A stretch of 64,000 nt of DNA from the sequence record MK962758; one strand, given 5' to 3'. The DNA comes from Shigella phage JK55. Positions 35,178-43,454 of this stretch are shown here, one piece after another; positions within the stretch are counted from its first letter, which is position 1; the number at the start of each line of letters is the position of its first letter. The notes under the pieces are model-generated. The model worked only from the letters and a program-made list of their open reading frames with translations. It did no database searches and was not told where the DNA came from. Both the position numbers and the translations under genes were made by a program.

Positions 35178-35561
35178 TCAAATACCTGTGCAGCTTCTGT
35201 TTTCTAAGAAATACTCAACACCATACATAGCTTTTTGCATCAAATCTTCTTTAAACTGGATACGATGATTAAGCATAGCCTGTACATCAATATCATCATG
35301 GTGCTTCTCTTTGATATTTGCAGATTGCAGGAAATACTCTGCAAGAACACGATACTGATAGTCAGTTACCTTATCAGTCATCTCTGTTAAAGACTCTTCA
35401 GAGATTGGTTTAAGTAGCTCACCATTAGCCAGAGCAACACCTTTTACAATCTGACAAGTGTCTTCTGAAACACCTGATAAGTCAACATTTGGAAGTTCTG
35501 TTGCATTGACTGGTAAATTTATTGCCATAACCATTGCAGCAGCTAATAAAATCTTTTTCAT
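35178..35561 (-). CDS. secreted protein with Sec signal peptide
   Basis: MKKILLAAAMVMAINLPVNA followed by TE; RBS gagg upstream. Confidence 0.6.
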   Translation of the reverse strand: MKKILLAAAMVMAINLPVNATELPNVDLSGVSEDTCQIVKGVALANGELLKPISEESLTEMTDKVTDYQYRVLAEYFLQSANIKEKHHDDIDVQAMLNHRIQFKEDLMQKAMYGVEYFLENRSCTGI

Positions 35562-35745
35562 AATGACCTCAAAGTTATATTAAATTTTGTATTACATTGA
35601 GTATAAAAATAAGCTATAACACCTGACTTGTCAACAGATTTTATAGCTTATTTGGCAGATTTTTTATAAGGCTACTGCCATCCTTCCATACCAAACCCTA
35701 CCGAACAGAACCATGCTTTGCCATACTGGACAACACCTGACCAGA

Positions 35746-35783
35746 CATCACTTAAAAACCCTTTCAAAGACTCTTAAGTGATG
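35746..35783. repeat. hairpin repeat R1a (10-bp stem catcacttaa/ttaagtgatg)
   Basis: near-identical copy R1b at 36030..36069. Confidence 0.6.
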
Positions 35784-35784
35784 T

Positions 35785-35823
35785 AATCGAATTTTAATGT
35801 AGCTCCGATTAACTACCCATACC
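35785..35823. repeat. hairpin repeat R2a (stem aatcg/cgatt, loop attttaatgtagct)
   Basis: copy R2b at 35943..35981 keeps the loop and tail but changes both stem arms compensatorily. Confidence 0.6.
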
Positions 35824-35826
35824 TTG

Positions 35827-35880
35827 CATTACTTCACCAAACCGTACATTACTTCACCAAACCATACATTACCAGACCAT
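35827..35880. repeat. tandem direct repeats of 20-mer cattacttcaccaaacc(g/a)ta, about 2.5 copies
   Basis: units at 35827-35846 and 35847-35866 plus a degenerate third. Confidence 0.6.
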
Positions 35881-35942
35881 GCCACACCTGTCCAAACTCA
35901 ACCTCATTAAAAGACCCTGTTTAAAGACCTTTTAAAAAGGTA

Positions 35943-35981
35943 AGTCTCATTTTAATGTAGCTGAGACTAACTACCCATACC
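35943..35981. repeat. hairpin repeat R2b (stem agtctc/gagact)
   Basis: see R2a. Confidence 0.6.
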
Positions 35982-36029
35982 AAACAGCACCGCACTATGC
36001 CTTACCCCACCTCACCGAGCCTCGCCCCA

Positions 36030-36069
36030 CATCACTTAAAAAACCCTTTTCAAAGACTCTTAAGTGATG
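36030..36069. repeat. hairpin repeat R1b
   Basis: see R1a. Confidence 0.6.
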
Positions 36070-36283
36070 TTGGTGAGTACCCGTTGGTTTATGCTGCTCA
36101 GTATACTCACCAAATTTTCTATGTCAACAACTTTTTATAAAAAGTTCTGATAGCTATATGTGTCACGAAACAAAAGATTGTAAACAAGACACCCATTGCA
36201 AAAGATGTGTCCAAAAGCTTACTTGCAACATATGACAATACAAAGACAACCAGTATAAACATAATGACTGTACTGAACATAGT

Positions 36284-37387
36284 TTACTCATAATCCCTAA
36301 TAACTAGCCCAACAGGAAACTGTAAAGAACCCTTACGAGTCATCTTCTGGAACTGAACCGTTAAAGGTTTCCCGATAAACTCTTCAGGATGCTCAGCAAG
36401 ATACTGTTTCTTCTCATGAGTAGTCTTCCATGAGACATCTACAAAGACGTTAGGAAGAGTCTCTACAACGAACTTACCGTGACCACGTTTATCGGTCTTG
36501 ACACCAGTCACTTTAAACTCTTCAGTGTGCATCTTCTTGTGCTTAATCAAGAAGTATGAACGGTGACAACACTCATAGAAGGAGTCTTCAGAGATTGAAC
36601 GGTACATTGCACCTTCAAACTTAGCTTCAACCCACTTATCATGAGCTTCATCAAACTCTTCCCAAGAATTTACACGACGAGATTTAACAGGGACAACTTT
36701 ACAGCCGTCTCTAAAGTCATTCAATGGTGAAGTCTCAATAATATCTCTACGCTCAGGCCACGTTTTAGTACTGTCACAGATATCATACCAGTAGAACTTA
36801 AGTAAGTGTCTGTCAGGATTGTCTTCATTTTTAATCATGGAGACAATATCTTCTAAGTCCCACCCATGAGCATAAATCTCTCCATCAAATTCATCAACAT
36901 CTTTGTGGAGCCTTAACATTGCCATAATGTCAGGTATTAGTTCAGTAGGGATTTTGTAAACAGTATTCTCACGAGAATATGCTGTAAATACACTGCCAAT
37001 ACTTAAGTGTCTTGAAATTCTACAACGTACACCATCAAGTTTTGGTTGAGCATCAGCAGGGAACTTCAGATACTTTGCATGACTAACCTTTGCAGCATCA
37101 TGAGCAAGTTGTACACCTACTTTCTCAGTATTCTTTGCAGACTCTTTTGTGTAAGCGTAGCCTTTACGGTCAACTTGCTTTTTATACTTAGCAGCAACTT
37201 CAAAGAGAGCTTGCTGTTCAGCGTTACGCTCATTCTTTTTACCGATGTTTTTCGGTTCTGCTGTGTACTCTTCAAACATCATCTTGCCATTTTCTTTACC
37301 ATAGGTTGTAATAACTTTGTCACCTACAGCAACGCATGACCAGACGTTGAAAGAGCCATCTTTATTTTGTTTGTATAGGATTGTCAT
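36284..37387 (-). CDS. ATP-dependent DNA ligase
   Basis: motif I PKLDGVRC, motif III FDGEIYAHG, motif IV FEGAMYRS, motif V FLIKHKK; RBS agagga before ATG at 37387. Confidence 0.75.
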   Translation of the reverse strand: MTILYKQNKDGSFNVWSCVAVGDKVITTYGKENGKMMFEEYTAEPKNIGKKNERNAEQQALFEVAAKYKKQVDRKGYAYTKESAKNTEKVGVQLAHDAAKVSHAKYLKFPADAQPKLDGVRCRISRHLSIGSVFTAYSRENTVYKIPTELIPDIMAMLRLHKDVDEFDGEIYAHGWDLEDIVSMIKNEDNPDRHLLKFYWYDICDSTKTWPERRDIIETSPLNDFRDGCKVVPVKSRRVNSWEEFDEAHDKWVEAKFEGAMYRSISEDSFYECCHRSYFLIKHKKMHTEEFKVTGVKTDKRGHGKFVVETLPNVFVDVSWKTTHEKKQYLAEHPEEFIGKPLTVQFQKMTRKGSLQFPVGLVIRDYE

Positions 37388-37389
37388 TT

Positions 37390-37581
37390 TTATTCCTCTG
37401 AGTGATACCAAGTATTGCAAGCATTACATGCGTAAAGCTCTAAGTCATTTTTATCTGGTTTATGAAAACAGTTTGCTCCGCAGTGGCAACGAAATGGCTT
37501 TCCACCAACTGTCAGGACGAAGGACTGAATCTTTCCATCAGGAGTCCGTACAGCATTTTTATGCTTATCTTCTTTGTTCAT
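37390..37581 (-). CDS. small Cys-rich protein
   Basis: 63 aa with CHCGANCFH and CNACN. Confidence 0.4.
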   Translation of the reverse strand: MNKEDKHKNAVRTPDGKIQSFVLTVGGKPFRCHCGANCFHKPDKNDLELYACNACNTWYHSEE

Positions 37582-37883
37582 TTCCTCTTGCCACCAATTT
37601 CTACGTCAATAACTTGAACATCACCAGCAACATCAAACTTATGAATGATGCTTTCCACAGTGTAAGTCCAACCATCAATGCGAACCAACTCACCTTCTCG
37701 TGGGACGATTGGGTTACGTTGAGCTACCGTTGTAGTAGAGTGAACAACATCATAACAATAGATATAGTTTACTAGGACTTCCATCGTGAAACCCTCACTC
37801 AATAACCGTAGTGTGTGATTGACCATTTTTGCCATAGCTATAAGATGTTGTTGTTTGGGAGTTTGGACATCTGACAACAACAA
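37578..37883 (-). CDS. hypothetical protein
   Basis: 101-aa ORF. Confidence 0.4.
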   Translation of the reverse strand: MLLSDVQTPKQQHLIAMAKMVNHTLRLLSEGFTMEVLVNYIYCYDVVHSTTTVAQRNPIVPREGELVRIDGWTYTVESIIHKFDVAGDVQVIDVEIGGKRK

Positions 37884-38031
37884 TATCTCTGCTTATAGCA
37901 TCACCATGTAACTTGTATACTCTGCAATCTTGCATCTCTGGTGGGAGGCTGTAAGAAGCATTTTTATCTTCATAAGAAGGGTTGCAGCCAGATAGAAAAA
38001 TAACACCAAGCGCAATTACTGATTTCCACAT
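37795..38031 (-). CDS. small lipoprotein
   Basis: signal MWKSVIALGVIFLSGC with lipobox LSGC; mature part about 60 aa. Confidence 0.55.
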   Translation of the reverse strand: MWKSVIALGVIFLSGCNPSYEDKNASYSLPPEMQDCRVYKLHGDAISRDIVVVRCPNSQTTTSYSYGKNGQSHTTVIE

Positions 38032-38044
38032 AATACACCCCTGT

Positions 38045-38200
38045 TTACTGTTCACGATGCTCTACTTCTCTGTATGTACGTCGATAATGAATGATAAGTG
38101 GTGCTAATTCATTGCTTTTAACATTTGAGCGTAACAGTTGCCAGTCAAAACCTTTACCAACTCTTCCATATAAATTAAAAAACTTAACTTTGCGTTTCAT
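38045..38200 (-). CDS. possible unannotated 51-aa basic ORF
   Basis: MKRKVKFFNLYGRVGKGF...; RBS ggaga upstream; below ORF-track size cut-off. Confidence 0.3.
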   Translation of the reverse strand: MKRKVKFFNLYGRVGKGFDWQLLRSNVKSNELAPLIIHYRRTYREVEHREQ

Positions 38201-38218
38201 TTTCGGTATCTCCAATAT

Positions 38219-38446
38219 TCAGAGGTTAATATTAATACGTTCGCCCTTAAGGACTCCAGTACGGTCCCTTGCAATCTTACCATCAACAATAAGGATATGC
38301 GCAGACCTTAAAGAGTCATTATTAAAACCTTTTACGAACTTACTAGGCATCACTACAATAAGCATCTCCTGAATCAACTCTGGAGTATAGCAGTTATCAT
38401 GAAGTTGTTGGATAACGTCTGCAAGTGTCATTTTTGATGTCTCCAA
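38219..38446 (-). CDS. hypothetical protein
   Basis: 75-aa ORF. Confidence 0.4.
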   Translation of the reverse strand: METSKMTLADVIQQLHDNCYTPELIQEMLIVVMPSKFVKGFNNDSLRSAHILIVDGKIARDRTGVLKGERININL

Positions 38447-38637
38447 TACTCAATGTCAATAAGTTCTTGTGCAATGCTTTTCAGATTACCTTTCAAGAAA
38501 ACCTTCTCAGAACCTGAAAGAGATGAATTGTCAATTAACCTGTTCATTCTCTCAAACAACTTCTGCTTACGGTTCTTGATAGTTTCCTTTGAAGCGCCTT
38601 TCATCATCGCTGCATGGGTTCTTCCACGATGGCTCAT
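38428..38637 (-). CDS. hypothetical basic protein
   Basis: 69-aa ORF. Confidence 0.4.
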   Translation of the reverse strand: MSHRGRTHAAMMKGASKETIKNRKQKLFERMNRLIDNSSLSGSEKVFLKGNLKSIAQELIDIEYWRHQK

Positions 38638-38688
38638 AAGTCCTCCTATACAAGATATTGTATAAGGTACTCTTCCCTGAGCACCTTG

Positions 38689-39201
38689 TCAAGATAGTTT
38701 TGCAAACTCTCCGTGGAGTTTAATAGCAGCTTCACAGTAAGCTTTATGGGCTTCTTCTGGTGTGTCAAACATACCAAGATGATAGTTTTTACCTTGTAAA
38801 CGTATCATTGCTCGAAACCTTTTACTTATCTTCTGTACACCTTTTGGCAACCCAGATGGGGACTCTCTTGACCGATTGCAAGAGTTTTGTGAAGCTGTAC
38901 AAACCCTTAAATTCAAGTACCTATTGTCCCAACCGTCCCCATTCTTATGGTCAACCTGTAAGGTTTTATCAGGTAGATATCCATCCATATACAAGATAAC
39001 TAAACGATTTGCTTGGTAACCCCTTCCATCAATCAGCAACTGAACTGACTTGTGTCCATCAGTATTTGTTCTGTAGTTTCCAGCCCTCTTACCTCCAAAT
39101 CTAGAGTTAAAGTTTGCATTACCTTCTCTAAACTTCCAAGTAAAGACCCCTGTTTCGGGGTCGTAGTCCAATAGCTCCTTAAGACGAATTTCTGTAATCA
39201 T
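38689..39201 (-). CDS. HNH homing endonuclease with AP2 DNA-binding domain
   Basis: HNH motif VDHKNGDGWDNRYLNLRVCTASQN; AP2-like GVQKISKRFRAMIRLQGKNYHLGMFDTPEEAHKAY. Confidence 0.8.
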   Translation of the reverse strand: MITEIRLKELLDYDPETGVFTWKFREGNANFNSRFGGKRAGNYRTNTDGHKSVQLLIDGRGYQANRLVILYMDGYLPDKTLQVDHKNGDGWDNRYLNLRVCTASQNSCNRSRESPSGLPKGVQKISKRFRAMIRLQGKNYHLGMFDTPEEAHKAYCEAAIKLHGEFAKLS

Positions 39202-39211
39202 TTCAACACCA

Positions 39212-41911
39212 TCAATGCACTTCCAACCAGCTCTTACCAACCTTACCTGTGCCAGTTACAAGCGTCTCACTCTTCAAACCTAAATTCTTAGATGCCTGAC
39301 CATACATCCAGTCAGTTATGGCTTTAACTTCTTGAGTCATACTTTCTGGGCACTCCCAACTGTTTTCATCGTGGTATGCCAGCAAAAGCCTAGCACCAAT
39401 TGCTGGTTTTCGTCCATTTAATTTTGTCAACCCTTCTTCACATGCTCTTCTACAAGCAAGGTTAATTGCCTCATTTTGAATCTGAGCCTCTGAACCCATC
39501 AAAAGATAGTTCAATAATTTGTGTGGAGATTTACACCACAACCAAGCTCCTGCAACCTTTACAAAACCTCCTTTAGAGATTGCAGCAGTCTTACCAAACA
39601 CCTCTTCAAGTGCCTTTTTAGTTGCTTTGTAGTCAGCTTCCAAGTCATCTAGCAGCTTCTTAATTTTAGGCAAACGAATAAAGTAAGTCTGTTTAGTTAG
39701 TGCGCCTTCCTGAGTAGTTGCAGCTTTAATCGTCTTAGCAAACTTCTCATCACCTGCACCGAACAGCAGTGCATAGATACCATTCTTAGCTTTCTTACGA
39801 CCCTTACTAATCTCATGGAGAAGGTTCTCATCCTGAGTAGCACGACAAGTCAAGATGTCCTGCTCATCATTCAAGCTAAAGTAAATACTATTCAGTGTAT
39901 GCGCATCAGTCCCTGAATAGACAACATACAGGTCATTCTCAGAGTCATAACGAAGGTACTTATCAATCTCTGGGTTGAGGTACTCATCAAAGTGTTTGCA
40001 GTAATAGCGTCCATCTTCTTGACGAATAAACTCAATCTCTTCTTTACCTTGCGTTACCGCTTTGGTGAAGTCTTTGTCACCCATAAAGTTACAAAGGAGA
40101 ACTAGCTGGGCTGAGTTCATGTCTACAGAGACAACGTTAGTACCTTCTTCACAAATCCACACTGCCCTCATTGGTTCCCCATAGACAGCAGCACCAGACG
40201 GTACGTTTACAATACCATATTGTGTCATACGTCCAGTTGAAGTGCCAAATACCATTGCACCAGCACTAAGGCGACCATCAGGACGAATCTGGTTCAACCA
40301 ACCTTTTTCATCATCTTTTGAGTTCTCAATAGTTCTGCGTCGGTGCATTAAAGTATAGTACTTAGCAATCTTCTGTCCAAGCTCACCTTCAATCGTATCA
40401 TAAGATGATTCAGTAAGTTTTGGTGAAGTACGGATTAAGCAAGGCTCAAGCAAATCTGTGTACTTCTTCACAGACCAGTTATGCTCAATGTACTGTACAC
40501 CTTCGTGCTCAACATAGCTCAAACCACACCGCTCAACCATTTCCTGCCACTTAGGATGTTTTGTAATCATCTTTTTATTGTCTTTGAAACGACAAACTTT
40601 GACAGGGCGACCGTCTGAGTCTTTCTTGTAGTTCCAGTCATCTGGAATCCAACCAACTGATTTCAAGTAGTCTTTAACAACTGCTACCTGAGTCATACGA
40701 GAAACTTCAAACTCAATTGGTGTATATGGTGCATCAATCAAACCTGTGTAGCGACTTGACTCAAGTTCAAAGTGGTTAACAACGTGGCTGTTATAGTACT
40801 TCACAGTTTTGACTGTTTTTACTGGCTTCCAGTCTTTGCATTTCTTACCAATCTTTGCATTCAACTCATTGCAAATTGCACGAGCATCCTTCATTGCTAC
40901 AAAACCTTCCTTGTACTCTTCACCAGTTACAGAGTTGGTTGGTGTATAGCAATTCCTTTTTTCAATGTTAAAAATCTTTGTAGTTGGCTTACCAAATGGT
41001 TTGATTTCATAAGTCTGCATCTCACCATTACGTACCTGCTGACGATACTTTGTCTTAGGGTACTTGGTAATTCTTTTCAGTCCATCTGCATGACCAAATG
41101 TTTCAACATACTCATTCCAAGCTTTTGCAAACTCTTCTCCAGTGACTTTACCTTTGGTCTTAATAGTTGGAGGTAGATGTGGTTCAACCTCTGAAGCAAG
41201 CTCATTAGTCAACTTGTCAAGCTCCTTTACATGGAACTCCATAAGCTCTTTATCAGCTTTCCAACCATTGATAGCTTGTTGACTCATCCAGAAAGATGTT
41301 TCTTTAGCTCGCATGTAAGTTTCATAAGTGTCTATACCACACTTCTTAAGCTTGAGATACTCGTTATCAAGTGCCCGTTTAGTTTTGGCATTAATACGGA
41401 TATCTTCTACAACACGAGTGAAGATTTCTGCATTCCACACACCCCAATGTTCAATCTCTGGTTTACGGACACCAACACGAGCACCCCATGCAGCCAAACC
41501 ATGAGCACCTTTATAGCCCTTTGGAGTTGGTCTATCCATCCACTGAACACGGGACTGGATAAGAGAATCCTGAAAGAAATTACTCCACGGTTTACACTTT
41601 GGATTATCAAAGTTCCATAAATCAGGTGCAATGTGATTAAAAACCCACCAGTCATAACCGAGACCATTATGGATGCAAAGACGTTTTGCCTTTAACGCAA
41701 ATTCAACACCTTCACGTAAACCACCTTTGATGTACTTAGTGTACTTGTGACCGAGGATAGGCTCATCTGTAAAGACCCATACAGGTGGCTCTTCATCGTC
41801 AGATTTATAGTCTGCAAAGGCCATTACGTGAACTTTAGTGAACTCAAGGAGTAAACCATCAGTTTCTGTATCACCAACCAAATGTAAGTTTTTAAAATCT
41901 ACGTTTTCCAT
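39212..41911 (-). CDS. family A (Pol I/T7-like) DNA polymerase with 3'-5' exonuclease domain
   Basis: exo I GDTETDG, motif B-like KKAKNGIYALLFGAG, motif C LLAYHDENSWE; RBS gagggag before ATG at 41911. Confidence 0.85.
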   Translation of the reverse strand: MENVDFKNLHLVGDTETDGLLLEFTKVHVMAFADYKSDDEEPPVWVFTDEPILGHKYTKYIKGGLREGVEFALKAKRLCIHNGLGYDWWVFNHIAPDLWNFDNPKCKPWSNFFQDSLIQSRVQWMDRPTPKGYKGAHGLAAWGARVGVRKPEIEHWGVWNAEIFTRVVEDIRINAKTKRALDNEYLKLKKCGIDTYETYMRAKETSFWMSQQAINGWKADKELMEFHVKELDKLTNELASEVEPHLPPTIKTKGKVTGEEFAKAWNEYVETFGHADGLKRITKYPKTKYRQQVRNGEMQTYEIKPFGKPTTKIFNIEKRNCYTPTNSVTGEEYKEGFVAMKDARAICNELNAKIGKKCKDWKPVKTVKTVKYYNSHVVNHFELESSRYTGLIDAPYTPIEFEVSRMTQVAVVKDYLKSVGWIPDDWNYKKDSDGRPVKVCRFKDNKKMITKHPKWQEMVERCGLSYVEHEGVQYIEHNWSVKKYTDLLEPCLIRTSPKLTESSYDTIEGELGQKIAKYYTLMHRRRTIENSKDDEKGWLNQIRPDGRLSAGAMVFGTSTGRMTQYGIVNVPSGAAVYGEPMRAVWICEEGTNVVSVDMNSAQLVLLCNFMGDKDFTKAVTQGKEEIEFIRQEDGRYYCKHFDEYLNPEIDKYLRYDSENDLYVVYSGTDAHTLNSIYFSLNDEQDILTCRATQDENLLHEISKGRKKAKNGIYALLFGAGDEKFAKTIKAATTQEGALTKQTYFIRLPKIKKLLDDLEADYKATKKALEEVFGKTAAISKGGFVKVAGAWLWCKSPHKLLNYLLMGSEAQIQNEAINLACRRACEEGLTKLNGRKPAIGARLLLAYHDENSWECPESMTQEVKAITDWMYGQASKNLGLKSETLVTGTGKVGKSWLEVH

Positions 41912-41970
41912 TTTTACTCCCTCTAAAATCATTAACCTCATACATTACTGCAAAAAATTATAAAAAGCAA

Positions 41971-41995
41971 GTTGACAATGTACTTGACAAGGTGT
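41971..41995 (+). promoter_or_regulatory. conserved 25-nt element gttgacaatgtacttgacaaggtgt
   Basis: 24/25 identical to 1086..1110; divergent intergenic region between the polymerase and the 42169 gene. Confidence 0.55.
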
Positions 41996-42083
41996 TAATC
42001 TTTGCGAAGTGGGTTTTTACTTAAAAGGTTACTTAACAGTTTAACTATACAGATACTTTAAAACTCTTAAAAGATTATTTAAT

Positions 42084-42124
42084 AGCTTTTAAAAAGCTTT
42101 AAAGTATAACGTATAGAATACGTT
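42084..42124. promoter_or_regulatory. two palindromes: agcttttaaaaagct and aacgtat-aga-atacgtt
   Basis: perfect 15-bp palindrome at 42084-42098 and 7-bp-arm inverted repeat at 42108-42124. Confidence 0.4.
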
Positions 42125-42168
42125 AAGATAAAAGATTAAAACTTAATAGTTACTTAAAAGAGGCTTAC

Positions 42169-42591
42169 ATGCAGAAAATGTTTGTTCACCCAGACATAGC
42201 TGACTTTGTTAGAGCTTTGCAGAAGTTGGAAGAACTTGACATTGCTGCTCAACGGGAATATGCTCACCATCACAGGAGAATGGTTGATATACAACATGAA
42301 ATAGAGTTGTCTGAAAACTATGAAGATGACTTAAAATGCTCTGTATTTGAGCATATGAAAGATGTTGCTATAGCTAGACGTAAAGCCAAAGACACAGTTG
42401 CTTTACTAGATTCTCTTAAAAAGAGGTTGCAAAGTGGTACAGACCTGTGTAATCTAGCGTCACTGATTAACGATGTTGAAACTTCTTGGGATAGGCACTA
42501 TTATCCACGTTCTGAAAAGACACTTGACTTTTCTTCATCCGAAAACTTAAAATGTTCTAGAAAGAAACTTAACCAACTGAGAGAGAAATAA
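42169..42591 (+). CDS. hypothetical early protein
   Basis: 140-aa ORF, first gene after divergent regulatory region. Confidence 0.5.
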   Translation: MQKMFVHPDIADFVRALQKLEELDIAAQREYAHHHRRMVDIQHEIELSENYEDDLKCSVFEHMKDVAIARRKAKDTVALLDSLKKRLQSGTDLCNLASLINDVETSWDRHYYPRSEKTLDFSSSENLKCSRKKLNQLREK

Positions 42592-42592
42592 T

Positions 42593-43393
42593 ATGAATAT
42601 CAATGTAGAAAAGATGCTTGAAGAAAAAGGTATTGACGAAGCATTTTTAATCAATGCCGTAGAAAGCATGGCTATGATTCTTCGTGGGAACAACTACACA
42701 GAACAGTTTATGCCTTCAAGCTATAACTTGCCTGAAGACAAGTCTGATAACGGTGCTTTTGCAGAACAGGTTAACATGATGTTGACAGACACTACACTTG
42801 CTTTAGCATCTATAGTCGTAGGTGTTGATGCTCTTGCAGAGTTCATTTTTAAGGAGATGCAGAAAAATGACTATATCTCCCTTAACTCTGAAGAAAAGGA
42901 CTTATTACTGTCATTAGGTAATAATGAGTTAATTTCCATGATAATTTCATCAACAAGTGCTGTTATGGCTGCTCTTGAGAAGCGAATGGAAGAGAAGCTG
43001 TCACGATATGAAAAACTTGATTGGGGGGTAGAAGAACTAAACCCACGAATCCAAGAAATTATCCAGCAAACTAAAGAGTCTTTGGAAGAAGCTGTTGAAA
43101 ATGACTCTGTAGCTGATATAGAACCACTTCAGGTGAAAGTTGCACTGATGATTCCAGCTATCTCTACGATGATGAATATCGTTGCACTAATCCAACTTTC
43201 ACAGATGATGGGTATGAGTATTGAGTTCATTGAGGAGATGACTGGTGGTGTCAGTCTGCAAGCAATCAATGATGTTTTGGTGAACATTGGTGCTTCAATC
43301 ATTGAAGAAAAACTACGCATTAACTTCGGTGATGATTTTGTGAAGCAAATCTCAGCTATGGCTGAAAAAGAGTCTGCTGAGCAACTGCACTAA
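42593..43393 (+). CDS. hypothetical acidic helical protein
   Basis: 266-aa ORF. Confidence 0.5.
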   Translation: MNINVEKMLEEKGIDEAFLINAVESMAMILRGNNYTEQFMPSSYNLPEDKSDNGAFAEQVNMMLTDTTLALASIVVGVDALAEFIFKEMQKNDYISLNSEEKDLLLSLGNNELISMIISSTSAVMAALEKRMEEKLSRYEKLDWGVEELNPRIQEIIQQTKESLEEAVENDSVADIEPLQVKVALMIPAISTMMNIVALIQLSQMMGMSIEFIEEMTGGVSLQAINDVLVNIGASIIEEKLRINFGDDFVKQISAMAEKESAEQLH

Positions 43394-43410
43394 ATCTTTA
43401 TAAATCTTAA

Positions 43411-43436
43411 AAGCCTCCTTAGTTGGGGGCTTTTTA
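43411..43436 (+). terminator. intrinsic terminator
   Basis: aagcctcc-ttagtt-gggggctt followed by ttttt. Confidence 0.5.
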
Positions 43437-43454
43437 GTAATTAAGGGAGATAAA

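Noticed and set aside
35827-35880. Tandem repeats considered as a CRISPR array
   Set aside because: Only about 2.5 directly abutting 20-nt units with no spacers and no cas genes; iteron-like instead.
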